Assembly (NCBI GenBank): GCA_964657795.1
Contig: CAZZWS010000004.1
Location: forward strand, 1 to 45,515
Reading direction: 5' to 3'
DNA from: Beijerinckiaceae bacterium
GTDB lineage: Bacteria; Pseudomonadota; Gammaproteobacteria; Burkholderiales; Burkholderiaceae_D
Length of the DNA stretch: 45,515 bases
Shown: positions 28,178 through 37,130 of the stretch, in pieces
Position numbering within the stretch: position 1 is the first letter of the stretch
Layout: the number at the start of each line of letters is the position of its first letter
Made by a program: the position numbers and the translations under genes
Notes under the pieces: generated by a model
The model's input: the letters and a program-made list of their open reading frames with translations, nothing else
Databases searched by the model: none
Told to the model about the DNA's origin: nothing

Positions 28178-28550
28178 GCTCGTGGTCGCCGCGTTGCTGT
28201 TCGCGGCAACACGCGCTGCCGCGGCGGATCCGAACCAATGCAGGGAACGCGCCGATCTCGTCGCGGCCTGCCACGTCGTCCATGGCGAACTGCAATGGTT
28301 CGACGGGACGCCGAGTGCACGAATCCATCTGCAGCAAGGCGGTCGCGTGCTCGGCGTCGAGAGCGCCACGGACGGCGGTAACGAGACCTTCGCCGCGCCG
28401 CAGGCCGTGCGCGATGCCGCGTCGTTCGATGGGAAGCTGCGCGGCGACTTCGAAGTCTGCCCGCTCGAGACAGCCCGGCCGGGCAGGATGCAATTGATTT
28501 GCATCGCCGGTGCGTCCAGGCTCAAGGGTCGGCCACCGAAGTCGCCTTGG
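28170..28550 (+). CDS. Secreted 4-Cys hypothetical protein (candidate immunity protein); 3' end unresolved
   Basis: ATG 28170 begins a clear signal peptide, MNRLVVAALLFAATRAAAA; four Cys; no stop near the apparent domain end (the frame stays open to 29012 antisense to yoeB), so the end coordinate is approximate. Confidence 0.5.
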
Positions 28551-28664
28551 CGGCCAACGGCCTGCCCGGTGGACGCGATCGCCCGCACTTCCGACGGGGC
28601 CGGTGCCCCCGCAAGCTGGGCCTGGTCAGAGCCCGGATCGTCCGAGATGGCCTCGCGGACGACG

Positions 28665-28919
28665 TCAGTAGTGGAACCGAAGCTGCGCCAGCAACAGCGC
28701 CCCGCCCTCCAGCTTGTAGACCATGCGGTGCTCGTCGGTGATCCGGCGCGACCAGTAGCCCGACAGGGCATGTTTCAGCGGCTCGGGCTTGCCGATGCCG
28801 GCGAAGGGCTCACTCTGCGTTTCGAGGATGAGCTTGTTGACGCGCTCCACCATTCGTCTGTCGTATTCCTGCCAATGAAGATAGTCGTCCCACGCTTCGT
28901 CGGCGAAAACCAGCTTCAT
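28665..28919 (-). CDS. yoeB: Txe/YoeB toxin (ribosome-dependent RNase)
   Basis: AWDDYLHWQ, GIGKPEPLKH, WSRRITDEHR, C-terminal RFHY; ATGA overlap with yefM. Confidence 0.95.
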   Translation of the reverse strand: MKLVFADEAWDDYLHWQEYDRRMVERVNKLILETQSEPFAGIGKPEPLKHALSGYWSRRITDEHRMVYKLEGGALLLAQLRFHY

Positions 28920-29164
28920 TTGGCCAGAACGCGCTTCACACCCTTGCCGGCTTCGAGCTGCGCCGTCGCGGACATCAGCCGGCGGGCGTTGGCCGGGCTT
29001 CGCAGCAGATAAGCCGTCTCCTGCAAGGCCTGGAAGTCCTCCAGCGAAAGCATGACGACGGATTGCTCCTTGCGCGTGATGATGAGTGCTTCGTGGTCGT
29101 CGCACACCCGGTCCATGGTGCTGGCCAGATTGGCTCGCGCAGCGGAATAGGAAATAGCATCCAT
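28916..29164 (-). CDS. yefM: Phd/YefM antitoxin
   Basis: MDAISYSAARANLA, IITR, VMLSLEDF, ETAYLLRSPANARRL. Confidence 0.95.
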   Translation of the reverse strand: MDAISYSAARANLASTMDRVCDDHEALIITRKEQSVVMLSLEDFQALQETAYLLRSPANARRLMSATAQLEAGKGVKRVLAK

Positions 29165-29178
29165 GTGCATCCCTTCAT

Positions 29179-29198
29179 TTGTACGAAATATTGTACAA
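29179..29198. promoter_or_regulatory. YefM operator (paired TGTAC cores)
   Basis: TTGTACGAAATATTGTACAA: TGTACG (29180) and TGTACA (29192) are 12 bp apart, just upstream of yefM, matching the known E. coli yefM-yoeB operator geometry. Confidence 0.8.
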
Positions 29199-29349
29199 CA
29201 CAAAACGGCGTCGACCATGGAGTCCATCCATGCGTGTCCTGGCCCGAAACCTGCGTGTAAACCCGCACAGGAAAGCGACAGGCTTTTCGCTAGACTGCCG
29301 CGTCGGTCCCCAGGCGTAGCTCGCGGGCCCCATTCCACAGGAGCAGTCC

Positions 29350-30255
29350 ATGAATTTCCCCTCGAATTTCTTGCGAATGGCGCTCGCGCTGGCCGGACTC
29401 GGCTTCGTCGCCGCCACCGCCCAAGCGCAGGCGCTCGACGGCACGCTCAAGAAGATCGCCGAGACCAAGACCATCACGCTCGGCACGCGCGACTCGTCCA
29501 TCGGCTTCTCGTACCTCGACGGCAACCAGAAGCCGATCGGCTACAGCATGGACGTCTGCTACAAGATCGTCGACGCCATCAAGGCGCAGCTGAAGATTCC
29601 CGATCTCAAGGTCGAGACCGTCGGCGTCACGTCGCAGAACCGCATCCCGCTGATCCAGGGCGGCACGGTCGACATGGAGTGCGGCTCCACCACCAACACC
29701 TTCGACCGCGCGAAGCAGGTCGCCTTCTCGCCGGACATCTTCCGCTACAACGTGCGGATGGTCGTACGCGCCGACTCGGGCATCAAGACCTTCGCCGACC
29801 TGAAGGACAAGACCGTGGTCACCACGTCGGGCACCACGTCGGATGCACTGATCAAGAGCAACGTACGCACCAGCAGCATCTCCATCAAGAACGCCTACGG
29901 CAAGGACCACGGCGACAGCTTCCTGCAGGTCGAGAGCGGTCGCGCCGCGGCCTTCGTGATGGACGACATCCTGCTCGCGGGCCTGGTCGCCAACTCCAAG
30001 AACCCGAAGGACTTCGCGATCGTCGGCGAGCCGCTGAAGACCGAGAACTACGCGATCATGTTCCGGAAAGACGATCCGCAGATGAAGGCGGTCGTCGACA
30101 AGGCGGTGATCGCCCTGTTCAACTCGGGCGAGATCGAGAAGCTCTACGACAAGTGGCTGCTGGCTCCGATCCCGCCGAAGAACATCACCATCAACTATCC
30201 GCTGTCCGCCGAGACGCGCGACGCGTGGAAGAACCCGTCGGACAAGGGCGTCTGA
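29350..30255 (+). CDS. gltI: Glutamate/aspartate ABC transporter substrate-binding protein
   Basis: Signal peptide, TLKKI, VTSQNRIPL, ECGSTTN, AFVMDDILL. Confidence 0.9.
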   Translation: MNFPSNFLRMALALAGLGFVAATAQAQALDGTLKKIAETKTITLGTRDSSIGFSYLDGNQKPIGYSMDVCYKIVDAIKAQLKIPDLKVETVGVTSQNRIPLIQGGTVDMECGSTTNTFDRAKQVAFSPDIFRYNVRMVVRADSGIKTFADLKDKTVVTTSGTTSDALIKSNVRTSSISIKNAYGKDHGDSFLQVESGRAAAFVMDDILLAGLVANSKNPKDFAIVGEPLKTENYAIMFRKDDPQMKAVVDKAVIALFNSGEIEKLYDKWLLAPIPPKNITINYPLSAETRDAWKNPSDKGV

Positions 30256-30266
30256 ACCATCGAACC

Positions 30267-30290
30267 AAGGGAGCGCGAGCTCCCTTTTTT
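30267..30290 (+). terminator. Intrinsic terminator or attenuating hairpin after gltI
   Basis: AAGGGAGC-GCGA-GCTCCCTT followed by TTTT. Confidence 0.85.
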
Positions 30291-30361
30291 CATGGGCGTT
30301 CGACGGCTCGCAACGCCCGTCGATCGTCCGTCTTCAACGCTTGCCTCGATGGCGGTGACGC

Positions 30362-31093
30362 ATGAAGTACCACTGGGACTGGACGTTCTTCCTCGCGGAG
30401 ACTGATGACGGCCTGCGCTACTGGCAATGGATCCTTTCGGGCCTCGGCTGGACCATCACGGTCGGCCTCGGTGCGCTGATCATCGCGCTCGTCCTTGGGT
30501 CGGTGCTCGGCGTGATGCGCACCACGCAGAGCCGCGCGCTGGTCTTCATCGGCGACCTCTACATCGATCTCTTCCGCAACATCCCGCTGATCGTCCAGCT
30601 GTTCCTGTGGTTCTTCGTCCTGCCCGAGATGTTGCCGAAGGGCGCCGGCGACTTCATGAAGCAGAAGATGCCGGACTGGATCATCGCAATCGGCGGCCTC
30701 GGCCTCTTCACCGCGGCGCGCATCTCCGAGCAGGTCAAGTCGAGCATCAACACGCTGTCGCGCGGCCAGCGCTTCGCGGGCCTCGCGGTCGGCCTGACCG
30801 AGTGGCAGGTCTATCGCTACGTGCGGCTGCCGATGGCGTTCCGCGTCATCATCCCGACGCTGACGTCCGAGTGCATGAACATCTTCAAGAACTCGGCCGT
30901 GACCTACGCGGTCGGCATGATGGAGCTGTACTTCCAGTACAAGCAGATCATCGAGAAGACATCGCAGGTGTTCGAGATCACCATCGTCACGATCCTGATC
31001 TACACCGCGCTGGCGATGACCATCAACCGCATCATGGCGTTCATCGAGCGTCGCTCGTCGGTGCCGGGCTTCATCACGGGCAGCTCCAAATGA
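30362..31093 (+). CDS. gltJ: Glutamate/aspartate ABC transporter permease
   Basis: FRNIPLIVQLFLWFFVLPE, FTAARISEQV, NIFKNSAV. Confidence 0.88.
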   Translation: MKYHWDWTFFLAETDDGLRYWQWILSGLGWTITVGLGALIIALVLGSVLGVMRTTQSRALVFIGDLYIDLFRNIPLIVQLFLWFFVLPEMLPKGAGDFMKQKMPDWIIAIGGLGLFTAARISEQVKSSINTLSRGQRFAGLAVGLTEWQVYRYVRLPMAFRVIIPTLTSECMNIFKNSAVTYAVGMMELYFQYKQIIEKTSQVFEITIVTILIYTALAMTINRIMAFIERRSSVPGFITGSSK

Positions 31094-31770
31094 CGGGCTT
31101 CGACTGGAACGAGATCTGGTCGAACTGGCCGTATCTGATGAAGGGCCTGCAGTACACCGTGCAGGTCACGATCGTGGGCACTTTGGGCGGGGTGTTGCTC
31201 GGCACGCTGCTCGCGTTGATGCGCCTGTCGCCGATCAAGCCGCTGTCGCTGTTCGCGGCCGCCTACGTCAACCTGTTCCGCTCGATCCCGCTGGTGTTCG
31301 TGCTGCTGGCGTTCTACCTGATCGCGCCGATCCTGATCGGCTTCATCACCGGCCGGCCTCAACCGGTGGGCGCCGATCGCTCGGCCTACTACACATTCAC
31401 GATCTTCGAGGCCGCGTTCTTCTCGGAGATCATGCGGTCGGGCATCCAGTCGATCCCGCGCGGGCAGATCGGCGCCGGCTACGCGATGGGCTTCACCTAC
31501 GCCCAGGTGATGAAGATCGTCGTGCTGCCGCAGGCGTTTCGCAACATGCTGCCGGTGCTGCTGACGCAGACCATCGTGCTGTTCCAGGACGTGTCGCTGG
31601 TGTACGCCATCGGCGCCACCGACTTCTTCGGCGCGGCCGACAAGGTCAGCAACCGCGACTTCCGGCCGACCGAGATGTACCTCACCGTCGCCGTGGTCTA
31701 TCTCGTGATCTGCTTCGGCTTGTCGCGGCTGGTCAAGCTGCTGCAGAAGAAGGTCGCGATCATCCGTTGA
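31090..31770 (+). CDS. gltK: Glutamate/aspartate ABC transporter permease
   Basis: ATGA overlap; FRSIPL, FEAAFFSEIMRSGIQSI, LPQAFRNM, LFQDVSLV. Confidence 0.88.
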   Translation: MTGFDWNEIWSNWPYLMKGLQYTVQVTIVGTLGGVLLGTLLALMRLSPIKPLSLFAAAYVNLFRSIPLVFVLLAFYLIAPILIGFITGRPQPVGADRSAYYTFTIFEAAFFSEIMRSGIQSIPRGQIGAGYAMGFTYAQVMKIVVLPQAFRNMLPVLLTQTIVLFQDVSLVYAIGATDFFGAADKVSNRDFRPTEMYLTVAVVYLVICFGLSRLVKLLQKKVAIIR

Positions 31771-31813
31771 TGCGTTCGTTGTCCGTTGTTACCCATCCCA
31801 TGCGGAATTCGTT

Positions 31814-32548
31814 ATGCCAATGATCGAAATCAAGGACGTGAGCAAGTGGTACGGCGCGTTCCAGGTGCTGACCGACTGCACGACCAAGGTCGAGAAGGGC
31901 GAAGTCATCGTCGTCTGCGGCCCGTCCGGCTCCGGCAAGTCCACGCTGATCAAGACCGTCAACGCGCTCGAGCCGTTCCAGAAGGGCGACATCGTGGTCG
32001 ACGGCACGTCGCTGTCCGCGAAGGGCACCAACCTGCCCAAGCTGCGCGCGCGCGTCGGCATGGTGTTCCAGAACTTCGAACTGTTTCCGCACCTGACGAT
32101 CGAGCAGAACCTGACGATCGCGCAGGTCAAGGTGATGGGCCGCTCGCAGGCCGAGGCCAGCGCCAAGGGGCTCAAGTACCTCGACCGCGTCGGACTGATC
32201 GCCCAGAAGGCCAAGTACCCCGGCCAGTTGTCCGGCGGTCAGCAGCAGCGCGTCGCGATCGCGCGCGCGTTGTCGATGGACCCGATCGCGATGCTGTTCG
32301 ACGAGCCCACGTCGGCGCTCGACCCCGAGATGGTCAACGAGGTGCTCGACGTGATGGTGTCGCTGGCCAAGGAAGGCATGACGATGATGGTCGTCACGCA
32401 CGAGATGGGCTTCGCGCGGAAAGTCGCCAATCGCATCGTGTTCATGGACAAGGGCATCATCGTCGAGGACTGCACGAAGGACGAGTTCTTCAACGAGCAG
32501 CGCGGCGAGCGCGCGCAGACGTTCCTGTCGAAGATCCTCACGCATTGA
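31814..32548 (+). CDS. gltL: Amino acid ABC transporter ATP-binding protein
   Basis: GPSGSGKST, LSGGQQQR, FDEPTSALDPE, VTHEMGFA. Confidence 0.93.
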   Translation: MPMIEIKDVSKWYGAFQVLTDCTTKVEKGEVIVVCGPSGSGKSTLIKTVNALEPFQKGDIVVDGTSLSAKGTNLPKLRARVGMVFQNFELFPHLTIEQNLTIAQVKVMGRSQAEASAKGLKYLDRVGLIAQKAKYPGQLSGGQQQRVAIARALSMDPIAMLFDEPTSALDPEMVNEVLDVMVSLAKEGMTMMVVTHEMGFARKVANRIVFMDKGIIVEDCTKDEFFNEQRGERAQTFLSKILTH

Positions 32549-32560
32549 GGCACGACGGCC

Positions 32561-33148
32561 ATGGGGTGCGTTGCCTTCGGTCTTCGGCGACGGCTCGTCG
32601 CCTGCGTCTTGACGACGGCATTCGTCGTGGCCACGACGCGCGCGGAGGCGAAGGACCCATCGCCCTACGGATGGATTCTTCGCTACGACTCGACCAATAG
32701 CGTCGTCTGGGACCCGCACTGGCCGGCGTTGGCTGCAGCCACGACGCCGCGCTTCGATCTCGGGCCAGGCGTGGACCGACGTCGACTGCTGGACCACTTC
32801 GAAGCCGGCATGGGCGGGCCGCCCGATCCCGTTCGCATCGTCGACGACCGCTATCTCGTGCTCGGCGCATGCGTCCCTCATGACTGCGGGGACAAGGCGT
32901 TCCTCTGGATCGATCCCGTCATGCGCAAGAGCATCGGTGCGATCGCCGGCGTCTCCTTTTTTCCTTCGACGCCGCCTTTCCACGCGTCGCTCATCCTGTT
33001 TTCGAGATCGCTCGATTGCAGCGCCCTGCCTTCGGCGTTCGACGCGGCGCTCGATCGCTGGATCCAGGACCACGAGATGAGCGTCGACCACGTCTCCTTC
33101 GTAGGATTCGACGGCCGACTCGACCCGACGTGTCGCGATCGGCATTGA
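32561..33148 (+). CDS. Exported protein with an Ivy-like CxPHDC motif
   Basis: Signal-like N-terminus ending AEA; RYLVLGACVPHDCG resembles the Ivy CKPHDC loop. Start uncertain. Confidence 0.6.
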   Translation: MGCVAFGLRRRLVACVLTTAFVVATTRAEAKDPSPYGWILRYDSTNSVVWDPHWPALAAATTPRFDLGPGVDRRRLLDHFEAGMGGPPDPVRIVDDRYLVLGACVPHDCGDKAFLWIDPVMRKSIGAIAGVSFFPSTPPFHASLILFSRSLDCSALPSAFDAALDRWIQDHEMSVDHVSFVGFDGRLDPTCRDRH

Positions 33149-33307
33149 CCCCGGTTCGAAGCTCATCGACGGTGCTCGGCCGGGGATGCATTGCGAACGC
33201 CAGCGGTGACAGGCTGTTGCCGCTCAGCGCTCGAATCAGGCTCCGTCCGTCTCTTGCCGAGCCGCGCGTGGACTAGATTCGAGTGCTTTATCGAGCGGGA
33301 GAACAAG

Positions 33308-33721
33308 ATGTCCATCACACGTTTCGCGATCGTCGGCACGGGTCTCGCAACTTTGCTCGGGTCGGCGTCGGCCTTCGCCGTGGACCAGGCCTCCATCCAG
33401 AACGAAGTCGCCGGCATGAACGAGTCGCTGCCGGCGATGGTGTCCCCGGTGCTGCGCGAAGAGAAAGTACGCTTCAACGGGGCCGAGCTGGCCTACACGT
33501 TCACACGCGTCGGCCCGCAGGACGGCGCCAGCAGCGAGCAGATCGCCGCCAGCGCGAGGACCTACCTGCTGACACGCCTCTGCGACGATCCGGACACGCG
33601 TCAGATGATGCACGACGGCCTCGTCTTCAGCTTCGGCTACGTCAACGATGCCGGCGTCGACGCGAACCGCCTGCTGATCAACGAGAGCGACTGCGCGGTG
33701 ATCGTCCAGAAGGGGCGGTGA
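33308..33721 (+). CDS. Exported protein, GspS2/AspS-pilotin or PA3611-like
   Basis: GGGAGA RBS, signal peptide ending ASAFA, pattern NxxLPxMV...LxYxF...LCxxPxxRxxxxxG...YxN...C. Family call tentative. Confidence 0.55.
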   Translation: MSITRFAIVGTGLATLLGSASAFAVDQASIQNEVAGMNESLPAMVSPVLREEKVRFNGAELAYTFTRVGPQDGASSEQIAASARTYLLTRLCDDPDTRQMMHDGLVFSFGYVNDAGVDANRLLINESDCAVIVQKGR

Positions 33722-33745
33722 CCTCCGCCCTTCGACACGCCGTCT

Positions 33746-34339
33746 TCAGCGGCCCATGAAGGCGAGGGGCGACACACCGATCAACCAGCGATGGACGCCG
33801 CCGAGGAACGCGGCGTAGATCGCGAGTCCGGCGAAGATCACGATCAGGTCGTTGTACGAACGCGGCGGCGCACCCGGCACGTCGTGTCGTTCTCCGACCG
33901 TGCGGCGCTTCACGGAGATCCGGTCGGCCACGGCCCACACCAGGAAAGCCCCGAACAGCACGACGTCCGCTAGCGTCCCGTTGGCGAGCAGATGCGCGGT
34001 GGCCCACAGCTTCACCGCGAGCAGCGTCGGATGCTTCGCGGCGCGACTGACACGGCCGGGGAAGTAGGTCGCCACGAACAACGGGAACACCGGCAGCATT
34101 AGCAGCAACGCAAGGTGACGCAGGAAGGTGGGCGGCGTGTACAGCACGACCGGCAGGTGACGCGCCTCGCCATAGCCGACGATCAGCAGCGCGAGACCGA
34201 TCGCCGAGAAGAGCGAGTACGCGCCCTTCCACCGGCCGTCGCCGTGCATCGCGATCTGTCGCGTGCGCCACGCGGGAGCGACGATGGAGACGGCGTGGAC
34301 GCCGAGGAAGACGGCGAGACCGAGGATCAGCAGGGACAT
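33746..34339 (-). CDS. nnrU: NnrU family membrane protein
   Basis: LILGLAVFLGVH, WKGAYSL, KHPTLLAVKLWATAHLLANG, HRWLIGVSP. Confidence 0.88.
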   Translation of the reverse strand: MSLLILGLAVFLGVHAVSIVAPAWRTRQIAMHGDGRWKGAYSLFSAIGLALLIVGYGEARHLPVVLYTPPTFLRHLALLLMLPVFPLFVATYFPGRVSRAAKHPTLLAVKLWATAHLLANGTLADVVLFGAFLVWAVADRISVKRRTVGERHDVPGAPPRSYNDLIVIFAGLAIYAAFLGGVHRWLIGVSPLAFMGR

Positions 34340-34528
34340 GGGGTGCTCGAGAGGTGGATACCGTCGACGACTTCACGAAGCGCCGATCAGGGACGGCGCA
34401 GCGAATCACAACACGACATCATGAGGGCAGTCGCCGGCGCGGCGCGCGCGGCATAATCGCCCGCTGCCTTGGTCGACGCCTGGCCTACGGTCGTCGACGA
34501 CTCGCGTGACCTCTTTCCGGACTGTGTG

Positions 34529-35857
34529 ATGCCGATACCTTCTTTCGACGGACGCCAACTGGTGCGCGCGAGTTTCGACGCGGCTCTCGCCGCTGCCGAT
34601 CCGCTCGGCGACGTGCCGTTCATGGCCGCCCATCTGCCGGCCAGGCCGAAAGGCCGCGTGATCGTCGTCGGCGCCGGCAAGGCCGCGGCCAGCATGGCGC
34701 TCGCGGTCGAGCGCGCGTGGCCCGACGTGCCGATGACCGGCATCGTCGTGACGCGCTATGCGCACGGCTTGCCGACGCAGCACATCGAAGTCGTCGAGGC
34801 CGGCCATCCGGTGCCCGACGAAGCCGGCGAGAGCGCGGCCGCGCGCATGCTCGAACTCGTCGACACGCTGACGCCCGACGACCTTCTGCTGGCGCTGATC
34901 TCCGGGGGTGGATCGAGCCTGTTGTCGTCGCCGGCGCCGGGCCTGTCGATGGACAACCTGCAGGCGCTCAATCGCGCGCTGCTGGCGTCGGGCGCGCCGA
35001 TCACCGCGATGAACGTCGTCCGCAAGCACTGCTCGGCCGTGTCCGGTGGCCGGCTCGCGGAGGCCGCTTCGAAGCGCGGCGCCGAAGTCGTCGCGCTGAT
35101 CGTCAGCGACGTGACCGGAGACGACCCGGCGGCCATCGCATCGGGCCCGTGCACGCCGGACCCCAGCACCTATCGCGATGCGCTCGACATCGTCGAACGC
35201 TACCGCGTCGACCTGCCCTACGCGATCCGCAACCATCTCGATCGCGGCAACGACGGCGCGATCCCCGAGACGCCGAAGCCCGGCGATGCGGCGTTCGCCC
35301 GCGTGCGCAATCACGTGGTCGCGACCGCTCATGCGAGCCTCGACGCCGCCGCCACGTGGTTCCGTGCGCAGGGCATCGAGGCGGCCGTGCTGGGCGATAC
35401 CGTGACCGGCGAAGCGCGCGAGGTCGCGAAGGTCTATGCGGCGATGGCACGCGAGGTGCGCGGTCACGGCCAGCCGTGGCCCGCGCCGATCGCGCTGATC
35501 TCGGGCGGCGAATGCGAAGTGACGATGCCCGCGTTCAATCCGCGCGAGAAGAAAGGTGCGCCGATGCGCGGCGGCCGCTGCACGGAGTTCCTGTTGTCGC
35601 TCGCGATCGAGCTCGACGGCCTCGTCGACGTCTTCGCGCTCGCGTGCGACACCGACGGCATCGACGGGTCCGAGGACAACGCCGGCGCGATCCTCGGTCC
35701 GGACACGGTCGCCCGTGCGAAGTCGGCCGGCCTGAGCGCGCAGCGGATGCTCCACCTGCACGACGCGTGGGGCTGCTTCGACGCGCTGGGCGACCTGATC
35801 GTCACGGGTCCGACGCGGACCAACGTCAACGACTACCGGGTCATCCTGGTCCTGTGA
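34529..35857 (+). CDS. Glycerate kinase type 2 (MOFRL/TtuD family)
   Basis: VVGAGKAA, EAGHPVPD, LISGGGSSL, SDVTGDD, SGGE, DTDGIDG, TGPTRTNVNDYR. Confidence 0.92.
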   Translation: MPIPSFDGRQLVRASFDAALAAADPLGDVPFMAAHLPARPKGRVIVVGAGKAAASMALAVERAWPDVPMTGIVVTRYAHGLPTQHIEVVEAGHPVPDEAGESAAARMLELVDTLTPDDLLLALISGGGSSLLSSPAPGLSMDNLQALNRALLASGAPITAMNVVRKHCSAVSGGRLAEAASKRGAEVVALIVSDVTGDDPAAIASGPCTPDPSTYRDALDIVERYRVDLPYAIRNHLDRGNDGAIPETPKPGDAAFARVRNHVVATAHASLDAAATWFRAQGIEAAVLGDTVTGEAREVAKVYAAMAREVRGHGQPWPAPIALISGGECEVTMPAFNPREKKGAPMRGGRCTEFLLSLAIELDGLVDVFALACDTDGIDGSEDNAGAILGPDTVARAKSAGLSAQRMLHLHDAWGCFDALGDLIVTGPTRTNVNDYRVILVL

Positions 35858-35906
35858 AGCCGTGGTGCGGCTCGCTGTCCCATCCACCGCTGCCCGAGAA
35901 GAACCC

Positions 35907-36953
35907 ATGCCGACAGACGCGCTGACGATCACCCGACCCGACGACTGGCACCTGCATCTGCGCGACGGCGCCGCGTTGCAGGCCGTGCTGCCGTACAGCG
36001 CGCGACAGTTCGCACGGGCCATCGTGATGCCCAACCTCAAGCCGCCGGTGACGACGGTGGACGCGGCCGCGGCCTATCGCGAGCGCATCGTCGCCGCGTT
36101 GCCGGACGGCGCAACCTTCGAGCCGTTGATGACGCTCTATCTCACCGACGACACGTCGGCCGACGAGGTCGCTCGCGCGAAGGACAGCGGCTTCGTCCAC
36201 GGCCTCAAGCTCTATCCGGCCGGCGCGACGACCAACTCGTCGGCCGGCGTCACGGACCTCGCGAAGTGTCGGTCGGCACTGGAAGCGATGCAGGCCGTCG
36301 GCATGCCGCTGCTGATCCATGGCGAAGTCACCGATACCGCCATCGACCTGTTCGATCGCGAGCGCGTGTTCATCGACGAAAAGCTCGTCCCGTTGCGAAA
36401 GGACTTCCCCGCGTTGCGCATCGTCTTCGAGCACATCACGACGAAGGACGCGGCCGATTACGTACGTACCGAGCACGACGCCGGCACGCTCGGCGCGACG
36501 ATCACCGCGCATCACCTGCTGTTCAACCGCAACGCGATCTTCGCGGGCGGGCTGCGGCCGCACTGGTACTGCCTGCCGGTCCTGAAGCGCGAGGTCCACC
36601 GACGCGCGCTGGTGGACGCGGCTACGTCGGGGCTGCCGTGCTTCTTCCTCGGCACCGACAGCGCGCCGCACGCGCGGCGCATGAAGGAGAGCGCATGCTG
36701 CGGCGCCGGCGCGTTCACCGCGCTGCACGCCATCGAGCTGTACGCCGAGGCGTTCGAGCGCGCCGGCCAGCTCGCGCGCCTCGAAGGCTTCGCGAGTTGC
36801 TTCGGTGCGGACTTCTATCGTCTTCCGCGCAATCGCTCGACGATCACGCTGCGCCGCGAACGCTGGACGATTCCCGATCACGTACCTTTCGACGACGACG
36901 CGCTGGTGCCGCTCGATGCGGGCGGGTCGTTGCAGTGGAGCCTGGCGAATTGA
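35907..36953 (+). CDS. pyrC: Dihydroorotase (homodimeric type)
   Basis: PDDWHLHLRDG, MPNL, KLYPAGATTNS, HGEV, EHIT, LGTDSAPH. Confidence 0.97.
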   Translation: MPTDALTITRPDDWHLHLRDGAALQAVLPYSARQFARAIVMPNLKPPVTTVDAAAAYRERIVAALPDGATFEPLMTLYLTDDTSADEVARAKDSGFVHGLKLYPAGATTNSSAGVTDLAKCRSALEAMQAVGMPLLIHGEVTDTAIDLFDRERVFIDEKLVPLRKDFPALRIVFEHITTKDAADYVRTEHDAGTLGATITAHHLLFNRNAIFAGGLRPHWYCLPVLKREVHRRALVDAATSGLPCFFLGTDSAPHARRMKESACCGAGAFTALHAIELYAEAFERAGQLARLEGFASCFGADFYRLPRNRSTITLRRERWTIPDHVPFDDDALVPLDAGGSLQWSLAN

Positions 36954-36999
36954 CAACCGCGATCGATGCGGGCGTCGCGACCGCCTGACCACGCACCTG

Positions 37000-37097
37000 C
37001 TCGTCGTTCCCCAGAAGGCGGGAACCCAGCATCGTGGTTTTCAGGATGCGCGATGAAGGCAACGCCACCGGGTTCCCGCCTTCGCGGGAACGACGAG
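37000..37097. repeat. CGTC-type REP doublet (inverted pair)
   Basis: 37000-37027 and 37070-37097 are inverted repeats matching at 26 of 28 nt; unit CGTCGTTCCCGCGAAGGCGGGAACCC is itself a hairpin; lies between convergent genes. Confidence 0.85.
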
Positions 37098-37130
37098 ATC
37101 ACCAACGCGCTTCGCCTCGATCGTCGTCGC

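Noticed and set aside
25143-28493. 1116-aa ORF ending in a thioesterase domain
   Set aside because: Antisense shadow of the ABC exporter; the real gene is 25143..25553.
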